NCBI GenBank assembly: GCA_016839745.1
Contig: JAEOTS010000009.1
Location: 9,507 to 73,506, forward strand
Reading direction: 5' to 3'
Source: Promethearchaeota archaeon
GTDB lineage: Archaea > Asgardarchaeota > Lokiarchaeia > Sigyniarchaeales > SOKP01
Length of the DNA stretch: 64,000 bases
The notes beneath the pieces were generated by a model. It worked only from the letters and a program-made list of their open reading frames with translations, was not told where the DNA came from and made no database searches. Each line of letters starts with the position of its first letter. The stretch's first letter is position 1. The position numbers were made by a program, and so were the translations under genes. Below are positions 1 to 8,130 of this stretch, piece by piece.

Positions 1-974
1 CTTTAAGCTTTTTCGACCCCATGTTTTCCATGGCTGGGGGCGCAACGATTTTAGCTATTAATCCCATTTATTACCATCACGAAAATATACCTATCAGATT
101 AGAGGTTCTAAAAAAGTTCGTAACTGGTGAAACTCCGGGGGCAATTTTAATTACCGAACCAGAACGTGGGTCTGACGCTGTGCATATGTTAACAACTTGC
201 ACCGAGCAGGACGACGGCTCTTTTCTTTTAAACGGTGAAAAAATTTACAATACAAATGCTCCTAAGGCAGGTTATGTTGTAGCATATGCCACAGCTGAAC
301 AGAACAACGGGAACACGATGGCTCAATTCCTTATAGACACTTCTTGGGATGGATGGGATTGCAAGCGCGTTATGATCCCCTGGGTTCCTAAGGTGTGGAT
401 TGGTCACGAACATTTTACTAATTTAAGAGTTCCTAAGGATTACATCTTAGGAGGTGTAGGAAAAGGACGTGAACATCTATTTGAGGGTTTAGTACCAGAA
501 AGAATAGGTATTGCTCTCGACGCAACATCTCAATGTTGGAACGCAATAGCTCACGCAGCGATATACGCTAACAATAGAAAGCAGTTCGATCAAATGATTC
601 TAAAGTTCCAAGGCGTAGGCTTTTTACTAACAGATTTGTGGGCTAGGTTATCTAATGTAACTCAGGGATTATTACGTTTCTGTGAACAATACGACGCTAA
701 AGTTGAACATTATGGTGGAGAACTACCAAAAAATCTCGCTCAAGCTATGGTAGCTGGAGCAAGTCAATACAAATACCATACTTGCGCTTTATCTAAAGAA
801 ATTTGTTACGAAGCCGCAAATCTTATGGGAGGAGCTGGTTTATGCGATAACACCTTAATGCATGACTTATTGAACATATCCAGAATTCAAGAGATTGTGG
901 GCGGTTCGAGACAAATCCAACAATATATACTCAGCATGGCTATGAGGACCTTGTATAAGATGTCAGGGATATAG
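1..974 (+). CDS. acyl-CoA dehydrogenase family protein, N-terminus cut by window edge (paralog 1 of 3)
   Basis: The frame is open from base 3: LSFFDPMFSMAGGAT aligns with DFFEPQFSLAGGAT of the next gene. ACAD motifs ITEPERGSDA and GGSRQIQQY are present. The protein is nearly collinear with 1123..2427. Confidence 0.85.
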   Translation, partial: LSFFDPMFSMAGGATILAINPIYYHHENIPIRLEVLKKFVTGETPGAILITEPERGSDAVHMLTTCTEQDDGSFLLNGEKIYNTNAPKAGYVVAYATAEQNNGNTMAQFLIDTSWDGWDCKRVMIPWVPKVWIGHEHFTNLRVPKDYILGGVGKGREHLFEGLVPERIGIALDATSQCWNAIAHAAIYANNRKQFDQMILKFQGVGFLLTDLWARLSNVTQGLLRFCEQYDAKVEHYGGELPKNLAQAMVAGASQYKYHTCALSKEICYEAANLMGGAGLCDNTLMHDLLNISRIQEIVGGSRQIQQYILSMAMRTLYKMSGI

Positions 975-986
975 GATAAGAGTTCA

Positions 987-1007
987 TTTTTTCACACTTT
1001 TTTTTTT
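987..1007 (+). terminator. oligo-T tract (T6 then T10) directly after the stop codon; archaeal-type terminator
   Basis: T runs at 987..992 and 998..1007 begin 13 nt downstream of the TAG at 972..974. Confidence 0.4.
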
Positions 1008-1122
1008 AATTTCTTCTGTTCAATAATCAATAAACAAATTTAAAAAGAGAAATTATATTTCTCTTAGTAAGACTTTTTCTCTAATAATTTTCAGATAGAT
1101 TATAAAATTTGGAGTTAGGAAA

Positions 1123-2427
1123 ATGGAAGAAGAAAAAAATAAAAGGTTTATAACTCAAGCTATAAATGACGAAATCCTTGAAAAGTTAAGTCTAAAAAAC
1201 AGGTATTCGTTTTTAAACACGAATTTAACAGCCATTTTAGAACCAAAAGAATTTAACTTTCTAAAAAAAGCTCAAAAATTCTGCATGCGATTCGAAAAGA
1301 AAAATAACATTACGCACGGACCTGACGAAGATATTTACAGTTGGATCCCCGCATTTGGAGCCGAAGGATACCTAACAAGATCTCACTCATTTGACATGTG
1401 CGATGTTCATTACGATAATTATGGTGCAAGCACGGAATTAATGAGATGTTTAGCTGTAGATTTTTTTGAACCCCAATTCTCATTAGCTGGGGGCGCAACC
1501 GTGTTAGCTATCAACCCTCTTTACGAACACCACGAAAATATGCCTATACGATTAGAAATCATGAAAAAATTTGTAACAGGTGAAACGCCAGGAGCGATCT
1601 TAATCACAGAACCTGAAAGAGGATCTGACGCGGTACACATGTTGACTACATGCGACGAACAAGAAGACGGCTCGTTCGTCTTAAACGGAGAAAAAATATT
1701 TAACACTAATGCCCCAAAAGCGGGATACGTTGTAGCTTACGCTACCGCAGAGCAGAACAACGGGAACACAATGGCTCAATTCTTAATCGATACCTCATGG
1801 GACGGTTGGAATTGCGAACGCGTTTACATACCATATGTGCCAAAAGTATGGTTAGGTAAGGAAAGATTAGATAACCTTAGAGTACCAAAGGATTACGTGT
1901 TAGGTGGTGTAGGAAAGGGACGAGAACATCTTTTTGAAGGTCTAGTTCCGGAAAGAATAGGAATAGCAATCGATTCCATAGCCCAGTGTTGGAACGCAGT
2001 CGCTCACGCAGCAATATATGTTAACAACAGGAAGCAGTTCGATCAAATGGTTCTCAAATTCCAAGGGGTAGGCTTTCTTTTAACAGATTTATGGGCTAGA
2101 TTAACTAATGTCACACTTGGACTTTTAATGTTTTGTAAGAACTATGATGATAAGATGGAAAAATTTGGAGGAACGCTTCCTAGAAACATTTCGCAAGCAT
2201 TAGTAGCTTCTGCTAGCCAGTTCAAATATCACACATGCGCTTTATCTAAAGAAATTTGTTATGAAGCTGCAAATCTTATGGGAGGCGCGGGATTATGCGA
2301 TAACACTGCAATGCAAGATTTAGTAAACATGTCTAGAATCGCTGAAATCATAGGAGGGAGCAGACAAATACAACAATATGTTATGTCTATGGCTTTGAGA
2401 CAACTTTATAAGATGGCTGGCATATAA
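1123..2427 (+). CDS. acyl-CoA dehydrogenase family protein (paralog 2 of 3)
   Basis: 434 aa with an ATG start and a GGAG about 12 nt upstream. Motifs ITEPERGSDAVH, LVPERIGIA and IIGGSRQIQQY. Confidence 0.9.
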   Translation: MEEEKNKRFITQAINDEILEKLSLKNRYSFLNTNLTAILEPKEFNFLKKAQKFCMRFEKKNNITHGPDEDIYSWIPAFGAEGYLTRSHSFDMCDVHYDNYGASTELMRCLAVDFFEPQFSLAGGATVLAINPLYEHHENMPIRLEIMKKFVTGETPGAILITEPERGSDAVHMLTTCDEQEDGSFVLNGEKIFNTNAPKAGYVVAYATAEQNNGNTMAQFLIDTSWDGWNCERVYIPYVPKVWLGKERLDNLRVPKDYVLGGVGKGREHLFEGLVPERIGIAIDSIAQCWNAVAHAAIYVNNRKQFDQMVLKFQGVGFLLTDLWARLTNVTLGLLMFCKNYDDKMEKFGGTLPRNISQALVASASQFKYHTCALSKEICYEAANLMGGAGLCDNTAMQDLVNMSRIAEIIGGSRQIQQYVMSMALRQLYKMAGI

Positions 2428-2450
2428 GACATCCAGTTTCTTTACATATC

Positions 2451-2462
2451 TTTTTTTTTTTT
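2451..2462 (+). terminator. T12 tract downstream of the ACAD paralog 2 stop
   Basis: Uninterrupted T12 lies 24 nt after the TAA at 2425..2427. Confidence 0.4.
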
Positions 2463-2668
2463 ATTAATTCTTAAAAAACTTATCTAAATAAATATACGAT
2501 TTTTCCCTTTAGTTTTTAGTATTCAATATTTAAGATTATGTAAAAAGGCAAAAATTTTAACCGTATATATTATGAATCAAATAGAGAAATCAATCTCCTC
2601 TATACTTATGATAAAAAAATAAAAATGAAGAAAATTTTATATTAAGGATTCGTTTAAATCTACGAATT

Positions 2669-3964
2669 TTATGAAACGGACATCTTGTAAAGTTGTCTTA
2701 ACGACATCGACATAACATATTGTTGTATTTGTCGAGAGCCGCCAATGATTTCTTGAATCCGCGAGATATTCATATAATCGTGCATCAAGGTGTTATCACA
2801 CAAACCTGCTCCACCCATATTATTGGCGCATTCATAACATACCTTTTTCGAGAGTTTTGCAGCGTGGTATTTGAATTGACTTGCTGAGGCAACCATTGCT
2901 TGAGAAATGTTTTTAGGAATTTCTCCATTGAATTTTATGTATTTTTCATCAAACGACTCACAGAATTTGAGCAAACCAAGCGTTAAATTAGTAGTTCTTG
3001 CCCAGAGATCGGTTAAAAGAAAACCAACGCCTTGGAATTTAAGAATCATTTGGTTAAATTGCTGTCTGTTGTTAGCGTAAATTATTGCGTGTGCTAATGC
3101 ACCCCAACATTGACTTACACCCATTATTGCGATAGAAATTCTTTCAGGAACTAACCCTTCAAACATATATTCACGTCCTTTCCCGACGCCTCCTAATACA
3201 TATTCTTTTGGGACCCGAACATTCGTAAGTGTTTCTTTTCCAAGATAGAGCTTTGGTACCCATGGAACTCCAGCTCGTTCTACATGAAATCCATCCCAAT
3301 TGGTGTTTATTAAGAATTGAGCCATCGTGTTCCCGTTGTTTTTCTCGGCTGTTGCATAGGCAACAACCCACTTGGAACGCGGAGCGTTAGTGTTGTATAT
3401 TTTTACTCCGTTTAAAAGGAACGAGCCGTCTTCTTGTTCGTCGCAAGTAGTTAATTGATGTACGGCATCCGAACCTCTTTCGGGTTCTGTAATAAGAATA
3501 GCCCCAGGAGATACTCCAGTAACCATATCTTTAAGGGCTTCTAATCGTTCAGGAACATCTTCGTGGTGTTCGTATACTGGATTAATTGCTAAAACGGTAG
3601 CTCCACCTCCCATCGCAAATTGTGGATCAAACATATCGATTGCTAAATTTCTCAAAAAATCCATAGCTAAACCCCAATCGTCGTAATGAACATCGCACAT
3701 GTCAAATGAGTGCTGACGGGTTATATACCCTTGTTCTCCAAAAGCGCGAACCCAATCGTAAATATCTTCGTCAGGTCCGTGAGTAATTTCATTTTTCTTT
3801 TCAAAACGCATACAAAATCGTTGGACTTCTTTGAAGAAATTGAATTCTTTTGTTGAAAGAATAGCCATTAAATTGTTATTCAAGAAAGAATATCGATTTT
3901 TAAGGCTAAATTTCGCAAGAATCTCGTCATTAATTGCTTGCACTTCAAATTTTTTACCTGGCAT
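2669..3964 (-). CDS. acyl-CoA dehydrogenase family protein (paralog 3 of 3, inverted)
   Basis: 431 aa with the same motifs (ITEPERGSDAVH, LVPERISIA, IIGGSRQIQQY). It is collinear with the two plus-strand copies. Confidence 0.9.
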   Translation of the reverse strand: MPGKKFEVQAINDEILAKFSLKNRYSFLNNNLMAILSTKEFNFFKEVQRFCMRFEKKNEITHGPDEDIYDWVRAFGEQGYITRQHSFDMCDVHYDDWGLAMDFLRNLAIDMFDPQFAMGGGATVLAINPVYEHHEDVPERLEALKDMVTGVSPGAILITEPERGSDAVHQLTTCDEQEDGSFLLNGVKIYNTNAPRSKWVVAYATAEKNNGNTMAQFLINTNWDGFHVERAGVPWVPKLYLGKETLTNVRVPKEYVLGGVGKGREYMFEGLVPERISIAIMGVSQCWGALAHAIIYANNRQQFNQMILKFQGVGFLLTDLWARTTNLTLGLLKFCESFDEKYIKFNGEIPKNISQAMVASASQFKYHAAKLSKKVCYECANNMGGAGLCDNTLMHDYMNISRIQEIIGGSRQIQQYVMSMSLRQLYKMSVS

Positions 3965-4133
3965 TTTAATATCGCGACCTTTTTTAGATTTTTAATTTAA
4001 TATTCTATTAGTTATAAAAAGGAGAATACAATTTTCTTTTTTAACCTTTTTTTCAAACAATCATCTATATTAATTCAATAAATTAAACAGATATGTTAAG
4101 TCTTAATTACTATCCAAGCTAATTAAAACTAAT

Positions 4134-5036
4134 ATGAAAATTTTAATAACTGGAAGCTCAGGTTTCATTGGTTCTGCCTTAAAACGATTATTAGGAGAGA
4201 AAGGAATAGAAATCGTTACATATGATATAAAAGAGAATCCAATGGATGATGTCAGAAATTTTTCATCTTTGCAAGCAAAATTTATAGGTGTAGATGGCAT
4301 TGTTCATCTAGCAGCAGTAAGTAGGGTAAAAATTGCTCACGAAAATCCTTTAGAGTGTATCAATACTAATATAGGAGGAACTATCAACGTACTTGAATCT
4401 GCTAGGACACTTATCTCTGAAGATAAACACCCTTGGGTGATATTTGGGTCTTCAAGAGAAGTTTACGGGGAATCTGTGAATTTACCAGTTGTTGAAACTT
4501 CAAATCGTAAACCTATTAATGTCTATGGAGTTTCTAAATTATCTGGAGAAGAACTTTGTAAAGTCTATGCAGGAAATTATGGATTAAAAACAAGAGTGCT
4601 AAGGTTTTCAAACGTATATACCGGTATTAATGACCATTTAGACAGAGTTATCCCTAAATTTATATTGCACGCTTTCAATAGAGAAGATCTAGTAATTAAC
4701 GGTTCGGGAGAAGAAATATTCGATTTCACTTATATTACAGATGCAATTCAGGGAATTTGGGGTTGCATTCAAGAAATTGAGAGGGGTTCGCATTTATTTG
4801 ATGATTTTAACCTATCTACGGGAGTACCAGTATCGTTAAAAGAATTAGCAGAAATTATTATCGAAAAAACGAGAAGCTCGAGTAGAGTTAAACACACGAA
4901 ATCTAGATCCTACGATGTTAATAAATTTTACGCGGATCCTGGGAAAGCACAAAAAATACTTGGATTTTCTCCCAATATAGCATTAGAAAAAGGAATTGAT
5001 TTAGTTGTAGAGGAATTAAAGAGTTTAGATTCTTGA
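4134..5036 (+). CDS. NAD-dependent epimerase/dehydratase (SDR family, UDP-sugar 4-epimerase-like)
   Basis: N-terminal Rossmann motif ILITGSSGFIGSAL and catalytic YxxxK (YGVSK). 300 aa. Confidence 0.85.
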   Translation: MKILITGSSGFIGSALKRLLGEKGIEIVTYDIKENPMDDVRNFSSLQAKFIGVDGIVHLAAVSRVKIAHENPLECINTNIGGTINVLESARTLISEDKHPWVIFGSSREVYGESVNLPVVETSNRKPINVYGVSKLSGEELCKVYAGNYGLKTRVLRFSNVYTGINDHLDRVIPKFILHAFNREDLVINGSGEEIFDFTYITDAIQGIWGCIQEIERGSHLFDDFNLSTGVPVSLKELAEIIIEKTRSSSRVKHTKSRSYDVNKFYADPGKAQKILGFSPNIALEKGIDLVVEELKSLDS

Positions 5037-5104
5037 AAAGTCCTGCAAGTTTAAAATTATAATAAAAGGAAAAGTAAAATAAAAAAAATAAAGTCTTTTA
5101 GTAT

Positions 5105-5317
5105 TTAATCGTCTTCTTCATCGTCGCCCATAAGGGATTCGATTTTTTCTTCTAATTCTTCAATTTTGTCATTAAGGGCATCGATTTTCTTATAAGTTGC
5201 GCACGTCTCACAACCATCGTCTTCTTGACATTGAGGGAGGGTATCGCAAACCTCTTCGAGTTCGTCCATTTCATCCTTTAATTTTTCAACTTGTTCTTGG
5301 AGATCATCAATACTCAT
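5105..5317 (-). CDS. hypothetical acidic coiled-coil miniprotein with a central Cys4 cluster
   Basis: 70 aa. AGGTG lies 6 nt upstream of the ATG. A CX6CX5CX2C cluster (CDTLPQCQEDDGCETC) is flanked by E/D/K heptad-like helices, and the C-terminus is DDEEDD. Confidence 0.5.
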   Translation of the reverse strand: MSIDDLQEQVEKLKDEMDELEEVCDTLPQCQEDDGCETCATYKKIDALNDKIEELEEKIESLMGDDEEDD

Positions 5318-5440
5318 ATTTCACACCTTTTAAAATAACAATGTAAGATATTATTTTTGGTATAATTTATTTTTTTTTATCATTAAGAAACTTATGAATA
5401 TTGTAATAAAAAAGAAAAAATGGAGTTTTAAAACTTTTTA

Positions 5441-7486
5441 TTAAGCTTTCAATTTATTCATTTTATTTTCAATGGTTTTGTTCAATGATTCAATTTCTTT
5501 ATCGAGTTTTTTAGTCTCTACAGAAATATTTTCGAATCTACTCTCTTGGTCGTTTAATTTTTTAACGTATCGTTCTTTTAAGGTTATAGATTGATTATCG
5601 TCTCCTAGCACAGAAATGTTTTCTCTCAGTCTTGATTGTTCGTCTGACATTAAATCTCTTTCATCATGTAATTTCTCTCTCTGGTTTTGTTTATCGTTCA
5701 AATTTTGTATTAATTCTGCGATTTCTTTTAACTGAGTTTCAAGTTTTTCGTTAATAAATTTTTGCTTGGTATAAAACCCAACTCGCTTTAATATTTCATT
5801 CTTAGACCAGTTTCTAAGGTAATTACTCGAGTAATCCTCTCGTTGTTCTTTTAACTTAAAACTAATTGCTTCCTTAGGTTTCAATGTAATTTTAAAGCGC
5901 CAAAAGTTCGGAGTTTCTTCGGGATCGATAGGTTTTTCGATAAATTTATATTCGTGGGTTTTAGGATGATCCAAATAGAGTTCTTTTTCCTCGTTCGTTT
6001 TATTATTTATCTTATATGTCGTCATTTGGTTAGTGTAATAATATTCGTAGGAATATCCACTTCCAATAGTAATTTTGTGCACATTTAAACTTTCAGATTT
6101 AGCTTCGTTGGTTATTATCACTGCTTGTTCGACTGCGTAATTCAATAGGCGTGTATCTTCTTTGTTTAAAAAAGGAACTATTGCTTCTCCTGCTAAATTA
6201 TCGTCATAGATTATCGTTACTGGCCCTCGTTCAAGCGTTAGATTTGTATTATTTGTGATCTCAAGACATGCGTTCGGATTTCTATCGTATTCGTTTTTGT
6301 TGTATAATAGAACTCGTCTTGCTTTTATAGATTCTGTTAATATAGGAACTAAAGCCGATTGTTTCCGTTTTATCGAAACTAGGTTTGATATATTGTACTC
6401 AAATAATTCTCCTAAGTCTTTTGTTTGTATTTTTGTTTGGGATCTTACTTTATCAAGTAAAGCGTCGTCAGACATGACGCCTAATGCGCCACCATATCCT
6501 ATAGCTCCTGCGGGAGCAGGGGGAGGAGCTCCTTTTCGACCACCTTTATACCTTATTTTCATTGCTCTCGGCTTGGCTTCCATTTCTGACATAGCATAAT
6601 CTTTGTATTTTTCCATTTCAAGCCCCTCTTCGATTTCAGTAGGTCTTACGCTTAGAACCTTTGGAGGACGGATTACGGGACGTTGAATAAATATAGGTCT
6701 ATAAAATTCGTATTTAAAAGAAACGGGCATTCCCGCAACTAAGGACAACTCAACATCCTCCCAATCTTGATTAGTTGTGTTTTCAATAAGACCCCAACCA
6801 GAAAGTAGGCATTTTTCTTCTAATGCTTGCTCCTTGCTCATTATTAAACGATATGAAGTTTTCCAAATTGGACTTTCACGAATATAGTAGACAAAAATGA
6901 TTCTATCAACCTCATCGTTCCCTCCCGATTCGCAGTTTATTACGATTTTTTTTGCATCCTTTTTCTTCCCCGATATAACAGTTTCGAGAAAGAATTTTAG
7001 GTCTTTTTTGATGTCTTCGTTCATAATATCAAAGGATTTTATCTCAGTAAAATTGATTTTAGAAATGACCTCGCTATCTTGTAGTAGAATCAATAATTTT
7101 TCAACAATTTTTTCATCCTTACTCATTTTTTCAAATTCTTCGATTCCCATTATCGTTCCCGATATAGTCTTTCCTCCAGCTATGGTAAGACTAATGTTTG
7201 CCCCTTTTATTTGAGTGATTAATGAGGAAAAAGAGTCTCTATCAGGAATATTTAACATGATAGATTTTAATAATTGAGATGTATCTAAAGCAGCATCATA
7301 AGAGATCGAACTTATATATCCTTTTTCGCTGGTATCTAAAACAAAGAGTGATTTTAGTACATCATCCATTTCGTCAATTTTAAACTCTAACTCAAAAGTG
7401 TCCGTTCCTTTAACGCTTCCCTCGAGAATGTAGTAGGAAACTCCATGCTTAAAAATTATGACTTTTTTGACATTTAATTTCGACAT
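5441..7486 (-). CDS. large hypothetical protein, possibly DUF4139-like, with a C-terminal coiled coil
   Basis: 681 aa. Beta-rich N-terminal and central part, a G/A/P-rich low-complexity insert (GRKGAPPPAPAGAIGYGGALG), and about 100 aa of heptad-like K/E/L/N C-terminus. The family assignment is from memory only. Confidence 0.4.
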   Translation of the reverse strand: MSKLNVKKVIIFKHGVSYYILEGSVKGTDTFELEFKIDEMDDVLKSLFVLDTSEKGYISSISYDAALDTSQLLKSIMLNIPDRDSFSSLITQIKGANISLTIAGGKTISGTIMGIEEFEKMSKDEKIVEKLLILLQDSEVISKINFTEIKSFDIMNEDIKKDLKFFLETVISGKKKDAKKIVINCESGGNDEVDRIIFVYYIRESPIWKTSYRLIMSKEQALEEKCLLSGWGLIENTTNQDWEDVELSLVAGMPVSFKYEFYRPIFIQRPVIRPPKVLSVRPTEIEEGLEMEKYKDYAMSEMEAKPRAMKIRYKGGRKGAPPPAPAGAIGYGGALGVMSDDALLDKVRSQTKIQTKDLGELFEYNISNLVSIKRKQSALVPILTESIKARRVLLYNKNEYDRNPNACLEITNNTNLTLERGPVTIIYDDNLAGEAIVPFLNKEDTRLLNYAVEQAVIITNEAKSESLNVHKITIGSGYSYEYYYTNQMTTYKINNKTNEEKELYLDHPKTHEYKFIEKPIDPEETPNFWRFKITLKPKEAISFKLKEQREDYSSNYLRNWSKNEILKRVGFYTKQKFINEKLETQLKEIAELIQNLNDKQNQREKLHDERDLMSDEQSRLRENISVLGDDNQSITLKERYVKKLNDQESRFENISVETKKLDKEIESLNKTIENKMNKLKA

Positions 7487-7528
7487 AAAGATAATAAATC
7501 GATATACAAATATAAATCTTAATTCTTG

Positions 7529-7538
7529 AAAAAAAAAA
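7529..7538 (-). terminator. T10 tract (A10 on the plus strand) downstream of the thioredoxin-like gene
   Basis: A10 at 7529..7538 lies 32 nt beyond the stop at 7570..7572 of the helicase/thioredoxin pair. Confidence 0.35.
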
Positions 7539-7569
7539 GAAAAGAAAAGTGAAAAATTAATGAAATTTA

Positions 7570-8070
7570 TTAGAGATTTTCTTTAATTATTTTAAGAGTA
7601 TCCTCTTCGATAGTCTCTTTGGGATGTTCTATAATCTGACCCAAATACTCACCATTTTTATTAAAGAAGTAGAAGGTTGGAATCGCTTTTAACTCGAACT
7701 TAGGATTTACCGCTTCAGGGGGGGATCTTGTTTTATGCCATAGTATTTCTCCCGGTTTGCGTAAAGCATCAACCATAATACCATACAAGATACGAAATTC
7801 AACATCTTTAGTTTTCATCCGTTTCACTAGCTTTATCATACGAGGTACGTTTTTATGGCAATCAGGACACCAATCAGCCCCAAAGGCGATAATTTTTAAC
7901 TGTTCATTCTTACTTTTTAAGAGTCTGAGAATTTCTTCTAATATTTCGGCTTTAGGTTCGTAAACCTTGTAATTATTCTTTATTTTCGGTCCAAACTCTC
8001 TTAGATAATCATCAGGGGTCATCGTGGGAGATTCAATATCGCTCCAGCTTAAATCGAGATCACTATTCAT
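7570..8070 (-). CDS. thioredoxin-fold protein (TlpA/thioredoxin-like)
   Basis: 166 aa. Redox motif WCPDC sits in FGADWCPDCHKNVP, and IPTFYFF resembles the cis-Pro loop region. Confidence 0.7.
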   Translation of the reverse strand: MNSDLDLSWSDIESPTMTPDDYLREFGPKIKNNYKVYEPKAEILEEILRLLKSKNEQLKIIAFGADWCPDCHKNVPRMIKLVKRMKTKDVEFRILYGIMVDALRKPGEILWHKTRSPPEAVNPKFELKAIPTFYFFNKNGEYLGQIIEHPKETIEEDTLKIIKENL

Positions 8071-8130
8071 ACTTAAAATAATAATTTCTTTTTTAAAAAA
8101 ATTAAGCTAATGATTGATAAGAATTTTTAC

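Noticed and set aside
6255-6599. Antisense or alternate-frame ORFs of 60-114 aa inside larger genes. Examples: 6255..6599, 6897..7214, 18323..18646, 30172..30501, 39259..39585, 46011..46331, 46531..46825, and all the 60-90-aa track ORFs nested in annotated CDSs.
   Set aside because: They lie entirely within longer ORFs that carry clear family motifs on the opposite strand or in another frame. Their translations are low-complexity (S/F/I/L/K-rich), as expected for shadow ORFs in AT-rich DNA. None has a start context or a recognisable motif.
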